Made by a program: the position numbers and the translations under genes. Below, one piece after another: positions 34,664 to 48,666 of a stretch of DNA of 64,000 nt. The DNA is taken from NCBI GenBank assembly GCA_030390025.1, contig CM059432.1, forward strand, positions 13,392,001-13,456,000, read 5' to 3'. The stretch comes from Squalus acanthias. Its lineage: Eukaryota. Under the pieces are notes generated by a model, which saw only the letters and a list, made by a program, of their open reading frames with translations, made no database searches and was not told where the DNA came from. How positions within the stretch are numbered: position 1 is the stretch's first letter; each line of letters starts with the position of its first letter.

Positions 34664-35536
34664 GTCCCTACCCGGTCTAGCGTTGCCAACTCTGGTTGAG
34701 TGTATTTCTGGAGGCTTCATCACATGACCTCCTGCCGTGAACCACTCCCGCCCCCACACTCCCACCATTGGTTCACCCTCCAGGCACACTGCCTGCCCAC
34801 GCCAATCGGAATGCTACCCAAGGAGATTAATCTTGACTGTTAGTCAAAACAGCCTTGCTTCCCCATCTCCAATATTTTTTATGAGCAATAAAAGTAAACT
34901 TTTGAAGAAAATTATTAAAACACAATTTTGTTTAATGCCCCGATGATTTTTCTCTTGGGCTGCTTGCAGCAGTGCCTTGAAGATTAATCTTCAATTCCTG
35001 AAGTAAATGTTGCCAACCTCACGAGACACTTTCCAAATGATCTGTAAATTATCTCTTAACATACTAAGTATCGCTAATTTGGAGTCAGCTTTGCTTATTT
35101 TTGGAGTAAAAATGTGAGGTGATTGGATGTGATTTCATTTTTAAAATAAGCACAGCTCTATATGTATTGAAATGGGATTTTGATTTATCTCTTTTCACTA
35201 ATTCATATCCAAATAGAGGAGGTGGCCTTTTCTACTCTTATTGGTCGAGGAGGCCTCAGGTGCCATCAATCAAAATCGAAATGAATAAAAGTTATCCCTT
35301 TTTTAAAAAAACAATAAACACCAAATTATAAATAAAAACAGAGGAAACTTATCAAATTAAATCAGAATATATATTATGTTGTGTGTTGTTGACCACACAG
35401 GCCAGTGCTCTGCGGCACGCAGGCCTTTTCTTCCGGGCAATGGGCGCTGCCCGGGCCAGTTCCGGCGGAGACGCACACAATCGCGTCGAGAGCGAGGGTT
35501 CGGGGAGCGCTTTAAATGTAGGACCAGGAGGGCAAG

Positions 35537-35543
35537 ATGGCGG
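35537..35543 (+). CDS. PPP4R1: PPP4R1 coding exon 1 (MA)
   Basis: ATGGCGG|GTAGGC; phase-1 join to exon 2 gives MADLSL. Confidence 0.8.
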
Positions 35544-35825
35544 GTAGGCGAGCGCTGGCTCCGAATTATTTATTTATTTTAACCGCAGTAATCATTTCCA
35601 CAAACGCGCTCGTTTTAGTTTATTTTTAAAATCTCAACAACTTTATCTGTAAAGGTCTTTTTAAAAAAAAAAATTTGAAAAGTTAAAAGTTTTTTAAAAA
35701 AAAAAGTTGGTTGTGTCAACACCCTGAAATTTTCAGGAGTTTGGGGGTTTTTTAATTTAAATTTCGATTTTTTTTTTAATGGATTTTTTTTTCTTCTCGT
35801 TTTTTTTGTGTTGTTGTCGTTGCAG

Positions 35826-35870
35826 ATTTGTCGCTGGTACAGGAGGAGCTGCAGGAGGATCTGGACGGAT
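35826..35870 (+). CDS. PPP4R1: PPP4R1 exon 2 (DLSLVQEELQEDLDG)
   Basis: Acceptor tgcag|, donor |gtgagt. Matches the recalled PPP4R1 N-terminus MADLSLLQEDLQEDADGF. Confidence 0.88.
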
Positions 35871-38800
35871 GTGAGTGGGGTCTGGGGTCGGGGCCCGGGC
35901 CAGTGTTTCTCCCCTCTCTTCACCTCCCCTCACCTCACTCGGGCTTGTAACCCCCTTTTTTTTTAAAGAAGTTTATGGCGCAGCCCCGGATGGGTCGAGG
36001 CGCTGGACCGTGCCGAAGCCCAGGAATCGAATCCATAGACCGGGCGCCCGCGGTGATGGGGCTTCGACCTCTCGGCCTCAGACAGACAGACAGACAGAGA
36101 GAGAGAGAGAGAGAAAGGGAGGGGGTGTGGGAACATGTTCGCCTTCTTAAAATCTTTCGATTTTTTTTTTGAGTTGACAGGAGGAAGGGGAGTCAGACTG
36201 GAGGGTTGGAGCGGAAATGAAGAAGCCGGGAAATTGGTTGGGGGGAAATATTTAAAAAAAAAAGACTTTTTTTTTCCCCAATAAGGAGGTTGGTGTTTTT
36301 TTTGGGGGGGAGGGTGCGGTAGTTTCTTAAAAGTAGAGGGAAACGTTTTATTTAAGGGGAGATGGGGATATCAGCGGCATTTTGCGCTCCGAGATAGTGA
36401 GGATCCTCTTTAATGTTTCACGAAATTCCGTGCTGTCAGTTTGTCTTGACAAAGCGCCAGTCTAAAATGTTTGGAGGGAGTATTCACGTTTCACCGGCTT
36501 TGTACAGCAGTAAGTTGAAGTTGAGTGATGTGTAATGAAAACATCAAATGTAGTTGCCAAACGAATGCAGTCCAGTTGATTTTTTTTTCTCTTTTTTTCT
36601 GAAGGTGCTTATTCCATGCTGGGTTATGATTTTGTGCATAAGGGCGCCCTCCAGTACCTAGTCCAAGTGGCCATTTTTCATGTGTGACTTGGATGGTGAG
36701 TGGCAGCAGGCTGTTCAACTGCATCACAGCTGAGTCTGATCCTAACCTCATCTGATGTCCAAATGTTAGTAGTTTCCAGTAGGGGTTTTTGATAACAAGA
36801 ATAGGCATCCTGTCAGAATTGGTTTTTCCTTCTCTGGCCCAGGAGGGACCAATTGTAGCAACTCTACTGCTGCTGGCCTGACTTGTTAACATAATAAAGA
36901 CCTGGGATTGTTGTGGTCTGTATGATTGGGATTTTAACAGGCTTTACAGAAACAATGCAGGGAAGAAAAAAAAGCAATTGTGAGAGCACCACCAATTCTT
37001 TTTGTGAATTGTCTTTGGCTTATTCTGTTAAGTGTAGACTGTCAAAAATGCTTTTTTTGACAGTTGTGACAGCAGAGTTTGTGGCCCTCTTGAAACTGCA
37101 AAAATTATTTTGATTGTGGGATATTTTAAAATGAATATTGAATATTGTCCTGTTTAAATTGAGAAATGGTACAGTTGGACATGAACTCTGAAGCATAAGG
37201 TGTACGACTTGCATGCATTAGCCACTTGCTTCTGTATTCCTTTCCGATTCTACGTTTTTAAGCGGTTGACATCCAGTTTTGACTGTCCTTTAGACTTTTT
37301 GTTCCTTCGGCACAATGTCTAAATTAGTATGGTGTGTATATATACTTGTAGGTGTTAAATTTTATGTGCACTTGTTGTAGATATTTTTTCCAAAGTATAC
37401 GTATTGTATTGCTTTGGTGTTGTGATCTCTGCATCTGTAGCGGCTGATGCAATATGTACACAAGCTTTGCCCGCATGCGTACACAATGACAGTCCAGTTG
37501 ATTTTTTTCAACTAGACAGGGAATAGCTTTTAATTGGAACATAGGAATTGCTGGACTAAAAAAAAAGACGAAGGTCCATCTAGTTCGCCTTCTACCAACC
37601 TGGTAGTCACATGAAAGATGGTGGTATGAATTTGTTTTTTATTTAATTTACAGTGACATTATTTGTAACACGTAGCCTCAGCCTGTCAGTTATATCGATC
37701 ATGTTTTAAGTACCCTTTTAATAACTTGCTGAATTTTTTTAAATGTAGGACATTAGAACTTGAGGTTCCACGTAATGAATCACCATTGTGCTATCGCACG
37801 GAGCAGTACATTACAGATTTGCATCTGATTTCCCTACGTGCTGATTTCCTGGTCTAGACTAGGCTGCTTGAGGGAGGCATGGAGTGTAAATTGAGGTGCT
37901 TCCCCAGAGGGATGAAAAACTAGAGGGTATAGTTAACTTGGTTTTCAAGTGGTATTGGCAGAAGCTTAAAGTAAACCTGTTGGTTCTTGTTTGTGAAATT
38001 TGGGTGAGGGAGAAGCGGACAGATAACCGAATTTCTAAGAAAAAGGTGTTTTTGTATCCATTTTAATTTGAAATATTTTCAAAAATAATAAACATACTTT
38101 CAAGATTATTGTCTTTAGTGGATATTGCCTATAACGTGGTATTCAACAGTGTAATTGTTAGGGAAGTCTTAACCCTTTAGGTGGGTGAGGAAAAGAAGGG
38201 AAGAAATCGGCTCTCATTTTATGGCGTATGTCTTGCAAAACCACTTCAGGAAGTGGTTCTGTAATCCTACCCGTAACTCTTGGTGTTGTAGCAACTGCCC
38301 CCTATGTGTTCCAGAGTGGTTTCTACATCTCCAGACCCACATGAAAGCAAGCTTTTGCATGAGCACTTGTTTGAAAGTCACTATTTGCAGCTTTTGGTAG
38401 ATTGCCAGGGAGGGTAATGTACAAGTCAGCAAGAGCAAAAGCATGTATGGCTATCTCTGACAGCAAATGCTTTACCTTGTCAGATGTGTAGACTAACACC
38501 ATCTCTCTCGGTTGTGCACTTTCTCCATCTATGAGTGCCATCTTGTTTATTGCTGACTGCAAAGTAGTAAAGTAAATGGGTGGTTTCATAGAGTGACATG
38601 GACAGCTTGGATTTCAGCATACGGAGGTCTTTCATCGCAAGCACCAATACTTGGGTTTCCTATTACCAATTCAAACATCCTTGCTATGGGAGCTATTTGT
38701 ATCAGTTCAAGTTGAGGTATATAAATAATAACTGAGATGCCAGCAGTGCAGACTGTACACTTTTTTTTTGAATCATTGGTGTGAGGAGAAGAAATAATCC

Positions 38801-39529
38801 TCAACATTCAATAGTGTTTCCAAATCACCTGTAGTATAATTGGAAATTGCCTTTCCAAGCCACATAAGGCCCTAGTGAAGTAACTTGAAATATTTGGGGC
38901 TGATTTAGTTAGTAACTCCTATAGTAAATGACATGTTAGCAAAACTATTTTTTAAGAAATCCTTTTGGATTTTTGCCAGAAAGTTGAAAAGAGGCCCATG
39001 GTTAATGCTTTGGATTATATAGGCTTCCTACATTCATTTTTGGCAGGGTTGTATTTGCAGGTTCTGCCAGGGACAGGTTTCAAGTAATGAAAGATAATTG
39101 AAATAGTTGTGACACCCAGTGTGTGGATTTCTGTAGTCTGGTTTTCATTTCTCACTTGGATGCGTCCGTCTTATTCATCTACGTTAATGTCTGTTCTGGT
39201 GCAGAGGCCCAGTCTGATGCGAGAGGACTATGAAAACTAAAGGGGAGAAAAGAAACTGCCAGAAGAGATGACATAAAGCTGAAAAAGTATAACGGGGGAG
39301 ACCAGTGAATCTTCAGAAGAAAGGCACTGGAAATAGAAGTTTGCAATATAACAAAGATTGAAATTAATCTTTGTACCTAAATCTCAGGACTTTTATTTAA
39401 GGGAAAGATAACTAGGAGTAGGAGTTATATGCAAGTGTTTTCCTCTTGATTGAGATTAAAGTGAAACAGAACAAGGAAGGAGGCTTCTGCTAAATGTCAG
39501 GTGGTTAATACAATAGAGATTCAAGCAGC

Positions 39530-42500
39530 ATAAGAACATAAGAAATAGGAGCAGGAGTAGGCTATTTGCCCCTTCGAGCCTGCTCCACCATTCAATAAGA
39601 TCATGGCTGATCTTCTACCTCAACTCCACTTTCCTGCACTATCCCCATATCCCTTGAATACAGCAAGTGCAGAGGGGAACAGACAAAAGAAATGAGGGGC
39701 AAAGAGAGTGTATGAGAAAAGATTAATGGTAACAAAAGGGAACACTAAGGTCGTCTCTAAACATAGAGTAAAAGGGTAGACAATGGAAGGGTGGAGCTGA
39801 TTCGGGACCAAAAAGGAAATCGTCTTGTAGATGTAGAGGGCATAGCTGAGGTACTAAATGAGTACTTTGCATCTGTCTTCACAAAAGAAGATGCTGCCAA
39901 TGTCACATTAAAGGAGGAGGGGTAGAGAAATTGGATAGGATAAAATAGATAAAGAGGAGGTACTCAAAGGTTGGCAGTGTTCAAAGTAGAAAAGTCATCC
40001 CGTCTGGATGGGATGTATCCTGGATTTCTGAGGGAAGTAGGGGTGGAAATAGCAGACGCTCTGGCTATAATCTTTCAATCCTCCTTGGATATGGGAGTGG
40101 TGCCAGAGGACTGGAGGGTTGCAAGTGTTACACCCCTGTTCAAAAAAGGAGCGAGGGGATAAACCGGGTAACTACAGGCCAGTCAGCCCACGCCTACATT
40201 GCTGGAGAAAGTTCTAGAGACAATAATCTGGGAAAAAATTAATTTTCACTTGGAAAAACATGGATTAATAATGACAACCAGCATGGATTTGTTAAAGACA
40301 AATTGTATCTGACAAACTTGAATTCTTTGAAATAGCAGAGTGTTGATGATAAATAGTGCAGTTGATGTTGTGTACATGAATTTTCAAAAGGCATTTGATA
40401 AAGTGCCATAAAATAGACTTGTAGAAAAATTGAAGCCTTTGCAAGAGGCAGTGGCAACATGGATATGAAATAGCGCACATTGGTGTCCCCAAGGGGTTGC
40501 TGTTAGGATTAGTGCTCTTTTTGATATTTTTATTACTGACTTGAACTTGGGTATAGGAGGCATAATTTTAAAGTTTGTAGATGACATAAAACTTGAGAAT
40601 AGTAGCAGACTTCAGGACAACAGACAGACTGGTGAAATGGGCAGACACATGGTAGGTGAAATTTAATGCAGAGAATGCGAAATGATGCATTTTGGAACAG
40701 AATAAGGAGAGGCAATATGAAATAAATGGTACAATTTTGAAGGGGGTGCAGGGACAGAGACACCCGGGGGTTCACATACATATGTCTTCAGCTTTTCACT
40801 ATAGTTATAAATGACTTGGATGAAGGAATAGAGAGCTGTATATCTTAAGTTTGCTGACACCATGTTAGGTTAGTAAATAGTGCTGATAGGAACAGAAAGC
40901 TGCAAAGGGACATTGATGGATTAAGTGAGTGGGTAAAACTGTGGCAGATAGAGTCGAATATGGTTAAGTGAGAGCTCATCCACTTTGGATCCAAGGAAGA
41001 CAGATCAGTATTATCTAGGAATTGTGGATGAGCAGAGGGATTTAGGGCTCCCAAGTGCAGGAATCACTAAAAGCTTGTGGACTGCTACAATTCCGATGGA
41101 GTGGAGGGTGGCCAATGTAACCCCTCTTTTTAAAAAAGGAGGGAGGGAGAAAGCAGGGAATTATAGACCGGTCAGCCTGACATTGGTCGTGGGTAAAATG
41201 ATGGAAGCAATTATTAAAGATGTCATAACAGACCATTTGGAAAGTGGCGACATGATAGGTCCAAGTCAGCATGGATTTGTGAAAGGGAAATCATGCTTGA
41301 CAAATCTTCTGGAATTTTTTGAGGATGTTTCCAATAGGGTGGACAGGGGGGAACCAGTAGATGTGGTGTATTTGGACTTTCAGAAGGCCTTCGACAAGGT
41401 CCCACACAAGAGATTGGTGAGCAAAGTTAAAGCACATGGGATTGGGGGTAATGTGTTGACGTGGATTGAGAACTGGTTGGCACACAGGAAACAAAGAGTA
41501 GGAGTAAATGGGTACTTTTCAGAATGGCAGGCAGTGACCAGCGGGGTACCGCAGGGTTCGGTGCTGGGACCCCAGCTGTTTACATTATATATTAATGTTT
41601 TGGACGAAGGGATTAAATGTAATATCTCCAAATTTGCGGATGACACTAAATTGGGAGGCAGTGTGAACAATGAGGAGGATGCTAGGAGGCTACAGAGTGA
41701 CTTGGACAAGTTGGGTGAATGGGCAAATGTATGGCAGATGAAGTACAATGTGGATAAATGTGAGGTTATCCACTTTGGTGGTAAAAATAGAGAGGCGGAC
41801 TATTACCTGAATGGTGGCAGATTAGGGAAAGGGGACGTGCAACGAGACCTGGGCGTCATGGTACATCAGTCACTGAAGGTGGGAATGCAAGTGCAGCAGG
41901 CAGTCAAGAAAGCAAACGGAATGATGGCCTTCATAGCAAGGGGATTTGAGTACAGGAGTAGGGAGGTGATGCTACAGTTGTACAGGGCCTTGGTGAGGCC
42001 ACACCTGGAGTATTGTGCGCAGTTTTGGTCTCCTAACTTAAGGAAGGACATTCTTGCTATTGAGGGAGTGCAGCGAAGGTTCACTAGATTGATTCCTGGG
42101 ATGGCCGGACTGACATATCAAGAAAGATTGGGTCAACTGAACTTGTATCCTCTGGAGTTCAGAAGAATGAGGGGGGATCTTATAGAGACATTTAAAATCC
42201 TGACTGGTTTAGACAAATTAGATGCGGGCAGAATGTTCCCAATGGTAGGGAAAACTAGAACCAGGGGTCACAGTCTAAGGATTAAGGGGAAGCCATTTAG
42301 GACTGAGCTGAGGGGGAACTTCTTCACCCAGAGAGTGGTGAATCTATGGAATTCTCTTCCACAGAAGGTTGTTGAGGCCAGTTCGCTAAATATATTCAAA
42401 AGGGAGTTAGATATAACACTCACAACTAAGGGGATCAAGGGGTATGGTGAGAAAGCAGGAATGGGGTACTGAGGTAGCATGTTCAGCCATGAACGCATTG

Positions 42501-44400
42501 AATGGCGGTGCAGGCTCGAAGGACCGAATGGTCTACTCCTGTACCTATTTTCTATGTTTCTATGTTTCTAAACCATTTATAAGGCTAATGGAATGTTGGC
42601 CTTTATCTGAAGGAGGCTGGAATACAAAGGGATGGAAGCTGCTTTTCAGCTGTACAGCACTCTGGTTAGACCCCATCTGGGGTACTGTGTTCAGTTCTGG
42701 GCATAGCACCTCAGAAAGGAGATAGTGCCCTTGGAGGGGGTGCAGCGCAGATTCACCAGAATGATACTGGAGCTAAAAGGGTTAAGTTGAGGACAGGTTG
42801 CATAGACTAGGCTTGTATTCCCTTGAGTATAGAAGATTAAGGGGTGATCTAATTGAGGTGTTTGAGATAATTAAAGGATTAGATGGGGAGAAACTATTTC
42901 CTCTGGTGGGAGAGTCTAGGACAAGGGAGCGTAACCTTAAAATTAGAGCTAGGCTGTTCAGGGGTGATGTTAGAGAACTGTTATTAGTTATGATCTGGAA
43001 TGCAATGCCTGAAAGGGTGGTGGAATTAGATTCAATAGTAACTTTCAAAAGGGAATTGGATGTATACTTGAAAAGGAAAGTTTTGCAGGGCTATGGGGAA
43101 AGAGCAGGAGAGAGACTAGTTGGATAGGTCTTTCAAGGAGCAGGTGCAATGGGCTGAATGGCCTCCTGTGCTGTATGGCAAAGTGTCCCATGTAGCATTG
43201 CTTAAATACTAATTCTTTTATTCAGTAACACCATGAAAGTTACATTTCCTTTTAAATAATCCAAAATGTTAACTCTTCCTCTTGTGTACTTTCAACATAA
43301 TATGATAGTTTGTGTTCTTTTAGGAAAGCATCTACCCTTGGCTTGTTGGCTTAGCTGTGCAGCTGGTAAAAAGCCTGCTGTTTTGCATAAGTCTCAAGTC
43401 AGTCTGACGCTTGCTTTTTTGCAAGCTTCATTCTTCAGTTGGACCACCAGTTGGATTAAGTATTCTTTCTCTGAAGGACAGAGATAACAATATGTAGATC
43501 TAACTAGTAAGAGAAACAATATAGAGAAGGAAAGATCAAATTGAGTAAAAAAAAAAATTAAAATAGGCTGCTTGGCACTCAGGCCTTTGTGATTTTTGTA
43601 ATTGTGACTGAGCTGTGCGTACCAGAAAGGTCTTCTGTTCAGTCTTTGGCCTAGGCTGAGTTTGGTCATTTCAGCTGGGACTGCAGTTCGCCACAGTGCC
43701 CCTGAATTAAGGAGGAAGAAATTAAGCCAGGTTTCCTACTCCTGATTGCTACCCAGCAACCCCTGTTGCAAGTGCATGGGTGAAGACAGGATTAATGATT
43801 TGGACTTGAATGTAGGAAGTATGATTAAAAAGTTTGCAGATGATACAAAAATTGGCCGTGTGGTTGATAATGAAGAGAAAGCTGCAGACTGCAGGAAGAT
43901 ATCAATGGACTGGTCAGGTGGGCAGAACAGTGGCAAATGGAATTCAATCTGGAGAAGTGCGAGGTAATGCATTTGGGGAAGGCTAACAAGGCAAGGGAAT
44001 ATACTATAAATGGTAGGACACTGAGAAGTGCAGAAGATCAGAGGGACCTTTTGAGTGCATGTCCACAGATACCTGAAGGTAGCAGGACAGATAGATAAGG
44101 TGGTTAAGAAGGCATATGGGACACTTGCCTTTATTAGCCGAGGCGCAGAATATAAGAGCAGGGCGGTTATGCTTGAACTGTAAAACACTAGTTAGGCCAC
44201 AGCTAGAATACTGCGTGCAGTTCTGGTCACCACATTACAGGAAAGATGTGATTGCACTAGAGGGGATGCAGTGGAGATTTACGAGGATGTTGCCTGAGCT
44301 GGGGAATTTTAGCTATGAGGAAAGATTGGATAGGCTGGGGTTTTCTTTGGAACAAAGGAGGCTGAGGGGAGACCTAATTGAGGTGTATAAAATTACGAGG
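39530..44400. mobile_element. Cluster of nested, mostly degenerate CR1 fragments in PPP4R1 intron 2
   Basis: Repeated RT motifs (PDG.YP, QHGF, FADD, RPQLEYC) with many frameshifts. Confidence 0.8.
41075..42570 (+). mobile_element. Young 5'-truncated CR1 with an open RT frame, nested in an older CR1
   Basis: The frame is uninterrupted from WRVANVTP through FADD to GMGY*, followed by a (TTTCTATG)n tail. Confidence 0.9.
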
Positions 44401-44660
44401 AGCTGGTCAAGCAAGGGGAGGTTAGAAAATGCACTGCTTGGGGTAAAACTGCATTTGTAACAAACTTCAAGCTGCAAAGAAAAGATGAGAGAGCTCGCTT
44501 TGTTAACTGAACATCTTTCGGTGGTCATTGTGGAAGGTTTTTGCTATTAAATTTTACTTTTAGACTACTTGTTCTAGGTTTATTGAATGCATTCAAGATA
44601 GTTTTCTAAAGCAGCATGTCTCAAAGCCAAGAAGCGCACGAGTGGTATTTAATTTAAATA

Positions 44661-44863
44661 AAAGCAAAATACTGCGGATGCTGGAAATCTGAAAAAAACC
44701 CAGAAAATGCTGGAAATACTCAGCAGGTCAGGCAGCATCTGTAGAGAGAGAAACAAAGTTAATGTTTCAGGTCGATGACGAAGCGTCATCAACCTGAAAC
44801 GTTAACTCTGTTTCTCTCTTTACAGATGCTGCCTGACCTGCTGAATATTTCCAGCATTTTCTG
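44661..44863. repeat. Hairpin repeat, Penelope-like terminal remnant
   Basis: Inverted arms of 80 bp (44701-44780 and 44784-44863) with a 3-nt loop. Confidence 0.7.
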
Positions 44864-44942
44864 ATTATTTAATTTAGCTGAGTAAAGAATCAGAAATACT
44901 GATCTGGTAATAAGCAAGAATCTTGGGATTAGTGACTACAAT

Positions 44943-45681
44943 GGCCCAGAAATTGATCTCGCTCTGTTCCCGCGGGGGTAAGGAGCAGACGCGATCTCTC
45001 ACTCCGCGTTGGCTTTTTCAGATCCAGCTCGCACGAACTTGATGTTCCGGACATCAGCTGGGCAGTGCTTGCGTATCCCACCGGCGTAGTGAATTTGTGC
45101 GAGCTGTGGGATCACGTGACTCAGTTAGAGCCAATGGCAACACACCATCTTCCATTCATAAGTTTCACATACGTGCTGTGAAAGCTATGAATCTTACACC
45201 CCCCCAAAATAACAGCTAAACCTCAATTAAATTTAAAAAAAACCATCACATTAATAAAATAAGTATAGTTAAATAAATTAACCATTTTAAATAAAAAATT
45301 AAATTTTTGAAAAAATTTAAAATCTTTTAAAAAGTTATAAAAATAAACTTACCTGTCTTTAAAGTCTCTAAAAAAGATATACCTGTTAAAAAAAATTCAA
45401 AAAAATACTTAATTCACTACTTACCTTGTTAAAAGTGGGTCTTACTCCTTTTTCCATTTCTAAAATCTTCAGTACTTACCTGCGCGTCCAAAGCACTAAG
45501 TGCACAGCGTGCGCGCAGCCTGTAGCGCGCACGCGATGCACCGAGGAACCGCCCCCTTTTCCAAAGACCAAGTGCCGGTTTTCAGCGCATGCGCAGGGCA
45601 TGCAGAAAACCGGCAATTGGAGAGAGAATACGCGAGAGTACGCAGTGCGTACTCTCGTGCAGCGGGATGAATTTTTGGCCC
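44943..45681. mobile_element. PIF/Harbinger-like MITE (family A, diverged subfamily)
   Basis: TIRs are GGCCCAGAAATT and AATTTTTGGCCC, with AAT on both flanks. Confidence 0.85.
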
Positions 45682-48530
45682 AATGTGTTTGAATTATTGG
45701 GCTAGTAAATCAAGAAAGAATGGTACATGAGAAGATGGCCTTTTATAAACATTGTGTGACAGTAGAGGACAATTTTACTCTGGTCTTCATGGTGGAAAAG
45801 GAGGCTAGAGTTTTTGCAAGATTAGAGAAGGGAAGATGCCTATATTCATTAGTATAAGAACATTGTACGGAATAAACTAGGGGAATTGAAAGAAATAGGC
45901 GAGAAAATTGAAAATCTTTAGTTCTTTGGCTCGGTGTCAATTTTTGTCTGATTATGCTCCTGTGAAGCGCCTTACGACGTTTTCCTACGTTAAAAGGTGC
46001 TAAATAAATGCTAGTTGTTGCATCATCCCAACTGCGCTGGATAATATTGGGGGATTGTAAATGCTACACTATTGCAAAACGGGAGCAAAGGACAATTCAA
46101 GTAACTACAGGCCAATGAATTACACATCAGTAGTGTTAAAATTACTAGAATCCATAATCTGGGATATAGTTGGCATGATTTTGTGAAAGATAGGTCACAT
46201 TTGTCTAAGCTATTGAAGTCCTTTGGGGAATTTAAATGACAGTGATTCCCCCCCATTTCTGATGTGTGCTTCTGACAGGTGAGGCCCCTCTCCAGAAGCT
46301 TGAAATTACAAAATTAGCCCTTAAATCTGTTAGTTCCAGGGTTAATCATGAACTATCTAAGATAATTTGAACAATTTCAAGGTGTTGTAAATTCAGACTC
46401 AAACAATTTCAATGCTGTAGATTTTGGTACAACACCAAAATGTGAAGATAGAAATAGGGCTGCATTTGTCGTTCATGTTTCCTGCTCATTTCAAAGTGTT
46501 GCTTTTAAGATTGCAGCCTTGGGTGCCCTTTTATAATTTTTCTTCCTCCCTCCCTGAAGGCTCTACACATTCCATGGCTGAGGTCAGATTGGAAGTCTGC
46601 TTCCAGGCTTCCTCCTGTGCTGTGTTCTCTCTGGTCATGGGCATTTACCAAGTGCCTGAGCTAAGAGAGGGAGCACCAGTTGAATTCTGTTCTGTATCCA
46701 GCTGGTACTGATTATAGTCCCTCGAAGATCAATATTGAGGCTGGTCACCAGCGCTTGTTGCTGAGTGGAGTTTGTCACAGATGCACACGTAAACTGTCAA
46801 CAGAGCAGCTCCCTGGTTAAAGATTGTGGGTATGGAATAATTAGAACTATATGTCCGAAAGTGTTTTCAGATATTCTACAAATATGTACTTTATAGATGA
46901 ACATTTGTGACGAGTGATCTTTGTTATTGCTCGGATCTGCCTAGAAGCTGGTATTTTTTGCTGCCAGTGGGACTTTTTATGCCAAATTGTTGTAGTCGGA
47001 GAGCTATCTGTGGTAAGTGTAGAAATTTGTTAGGTTTGTCATGGGATGTTGTATTGTATTGGTGTATTTATATTGTGTACTCTACCCTGGGCCTCCAACA
47101 CTTTTTTCCACCAATTTTCTTCCACTCCCCAGGTCACCTAAAACTCTTGGGACCAAATTTCCGACCACTTGCTCTGGTGGCAGAGTGGGTCGTAAGTCTA
47201 TGATCCCCAAAGATGCAGACCCTGTCTTTAAATTGTGAGGACAGAGTTATTGGCATAGCCGGGGTGGCCAGCACTTGCAAGAGTGCTTCAGTCACATCTG
47301 CCATTTAAAGCTGGAGCAAAGCTTGCTCTGCCTGAGGTGGCCTGAGGCCCTTTCTGAGCCCAAGGCAAAAGGGAGTTTAGAAATTCTTCAGCTGCTAAAG
47401 GAACCAGTTCCTTGAGTAGCATAGATAATTGATGCCTTCTGAGAATCGATTATCTTTGAGAGACTATTAGTGGCTTTCCTTGTGCCTCATCGGTACTCTC
47501 GTCAGCTCGCTGGGCGTAATGAACGGGATTCCTGTTGTAGCCTGACTACTCCCCAGACGTGTCCTTTAATGTTGGGCGAGTGGGTTGGAAGATTCGCTCA
47601 GGCCCCCCACCCCACTGGAATTTCTTGTAAGGGTGAAAATGAGGCAGAATCCTGGTGGAACCAACTTCCGCCTATTTCCAGTCCCTCGACCGGAGAGCCA
47701 CTTCACTTGCATCTTGGCCCAGACTGGAATTTCACGCCCCTTGACTCCATCAGACATTGGGAGTCTTTTTGAAGACCCATTCAATTGTCATTATTCACGT
47801 GACCTTTATGATTAATGCTGGCAAGCTATTTAACTGAGGGAATCTTGCCCGGCATCTGTGCACTTCCAGCTGGTGGTATGGGATAGGAACCTTGGCTGAT
47901 TTTTATTCTTCTTAAGCCAGGGCACTTGGGTCAATTTAGCATCCCTACTGCAAGACCAGCTGAGAGCTAACTTTTCCCAGACCAAGGAGCTGACCGAGGA
48001 GGGGCGCTCCCTTTTAAATCAGCTAATTCTGATACTTGCAAAACTACAATAAAATCTTAGTGTTTCTGTCAGGGAAACTTGATGGAAGTGACACTACTGT
48101 GTTCAAGTGACGTCCTTTCGTTGTCACTTTCCACCTTAAAAAAAAAAAGTCACTGAGACTAGTAAATCAAACAAAATAGCAATGTGGCTCCACATTACTG
48201 TGTGAGCTATGCTTTTGCAGTGGAATGTTTGGAAGAAAGTCTTATTAATATAATTTTGCAGTTGGCTTAATGAAGTCTAGTACATCAAAGATGTATTTCA
48301 ACTAGCTCAACTACAATGTTTATCAAAGCAGTGTTGTCCCGGAAGCAAATACTATTTTACACCCTAGTGCCTTTAGCTCCTGTATCTGCTCTGAACAGGC
48401 AGGTGATTTGTGACTTTATAGTACAGTACATCGATTTTCCTATTATGTCAGCACTGTGTATAAGGAGTCGTTCAGATTTATAGTTCAAATAGGTTGCAAT
48501 TACAAATAACATTTCTGATGTCTCTGCCAG

Positions 48531-48666
48531 TTGGTGTGGATGACTACAGCTCAGAGTCTGATGTCCTTATTATACCTTCAGCCTTGGATTTTGTCTCTCA
48601 AGACGAGATGCTAACACCGTTGGGCCGACTGGATAAGTACATTGCTAGTGAGAACACGTTTAACAG
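48531..48666 (+). CDS. PPP4R1: PPP4R1 exon 3 (FGVDDYSSESDVLIIPSALDFVSQDEMLTPLGRLDKYIASENTFNR)
   Basis: Acceptor gccag|, donor |gtatga. Near-identical to vertebrate PP4R1, with consistent phases. Confidence 0.95.

Larger units (their letters stand above)
35390..36075 (+). promoter_or_regulatory. CpG-rich promoter and 5' region of PPP4R1
   Basis: Local CpG/GC enrichment around exons 1-2, an ETS-like CTTCCGG, and AAGATGGCGG (YY1/Kozak-type) at the start codon. Confidence 0.7.

Noticed and set aside
40985..42472. 495-aa ORF as a host gene
   Set aside because: It is a 5'-truncated CR1 RT, and its start comes from the flanking older CR1.
47149..47740. Additional old Harbinger-like element
   Set aside because: The termini are only weakly inverted and there is no clear TSD.
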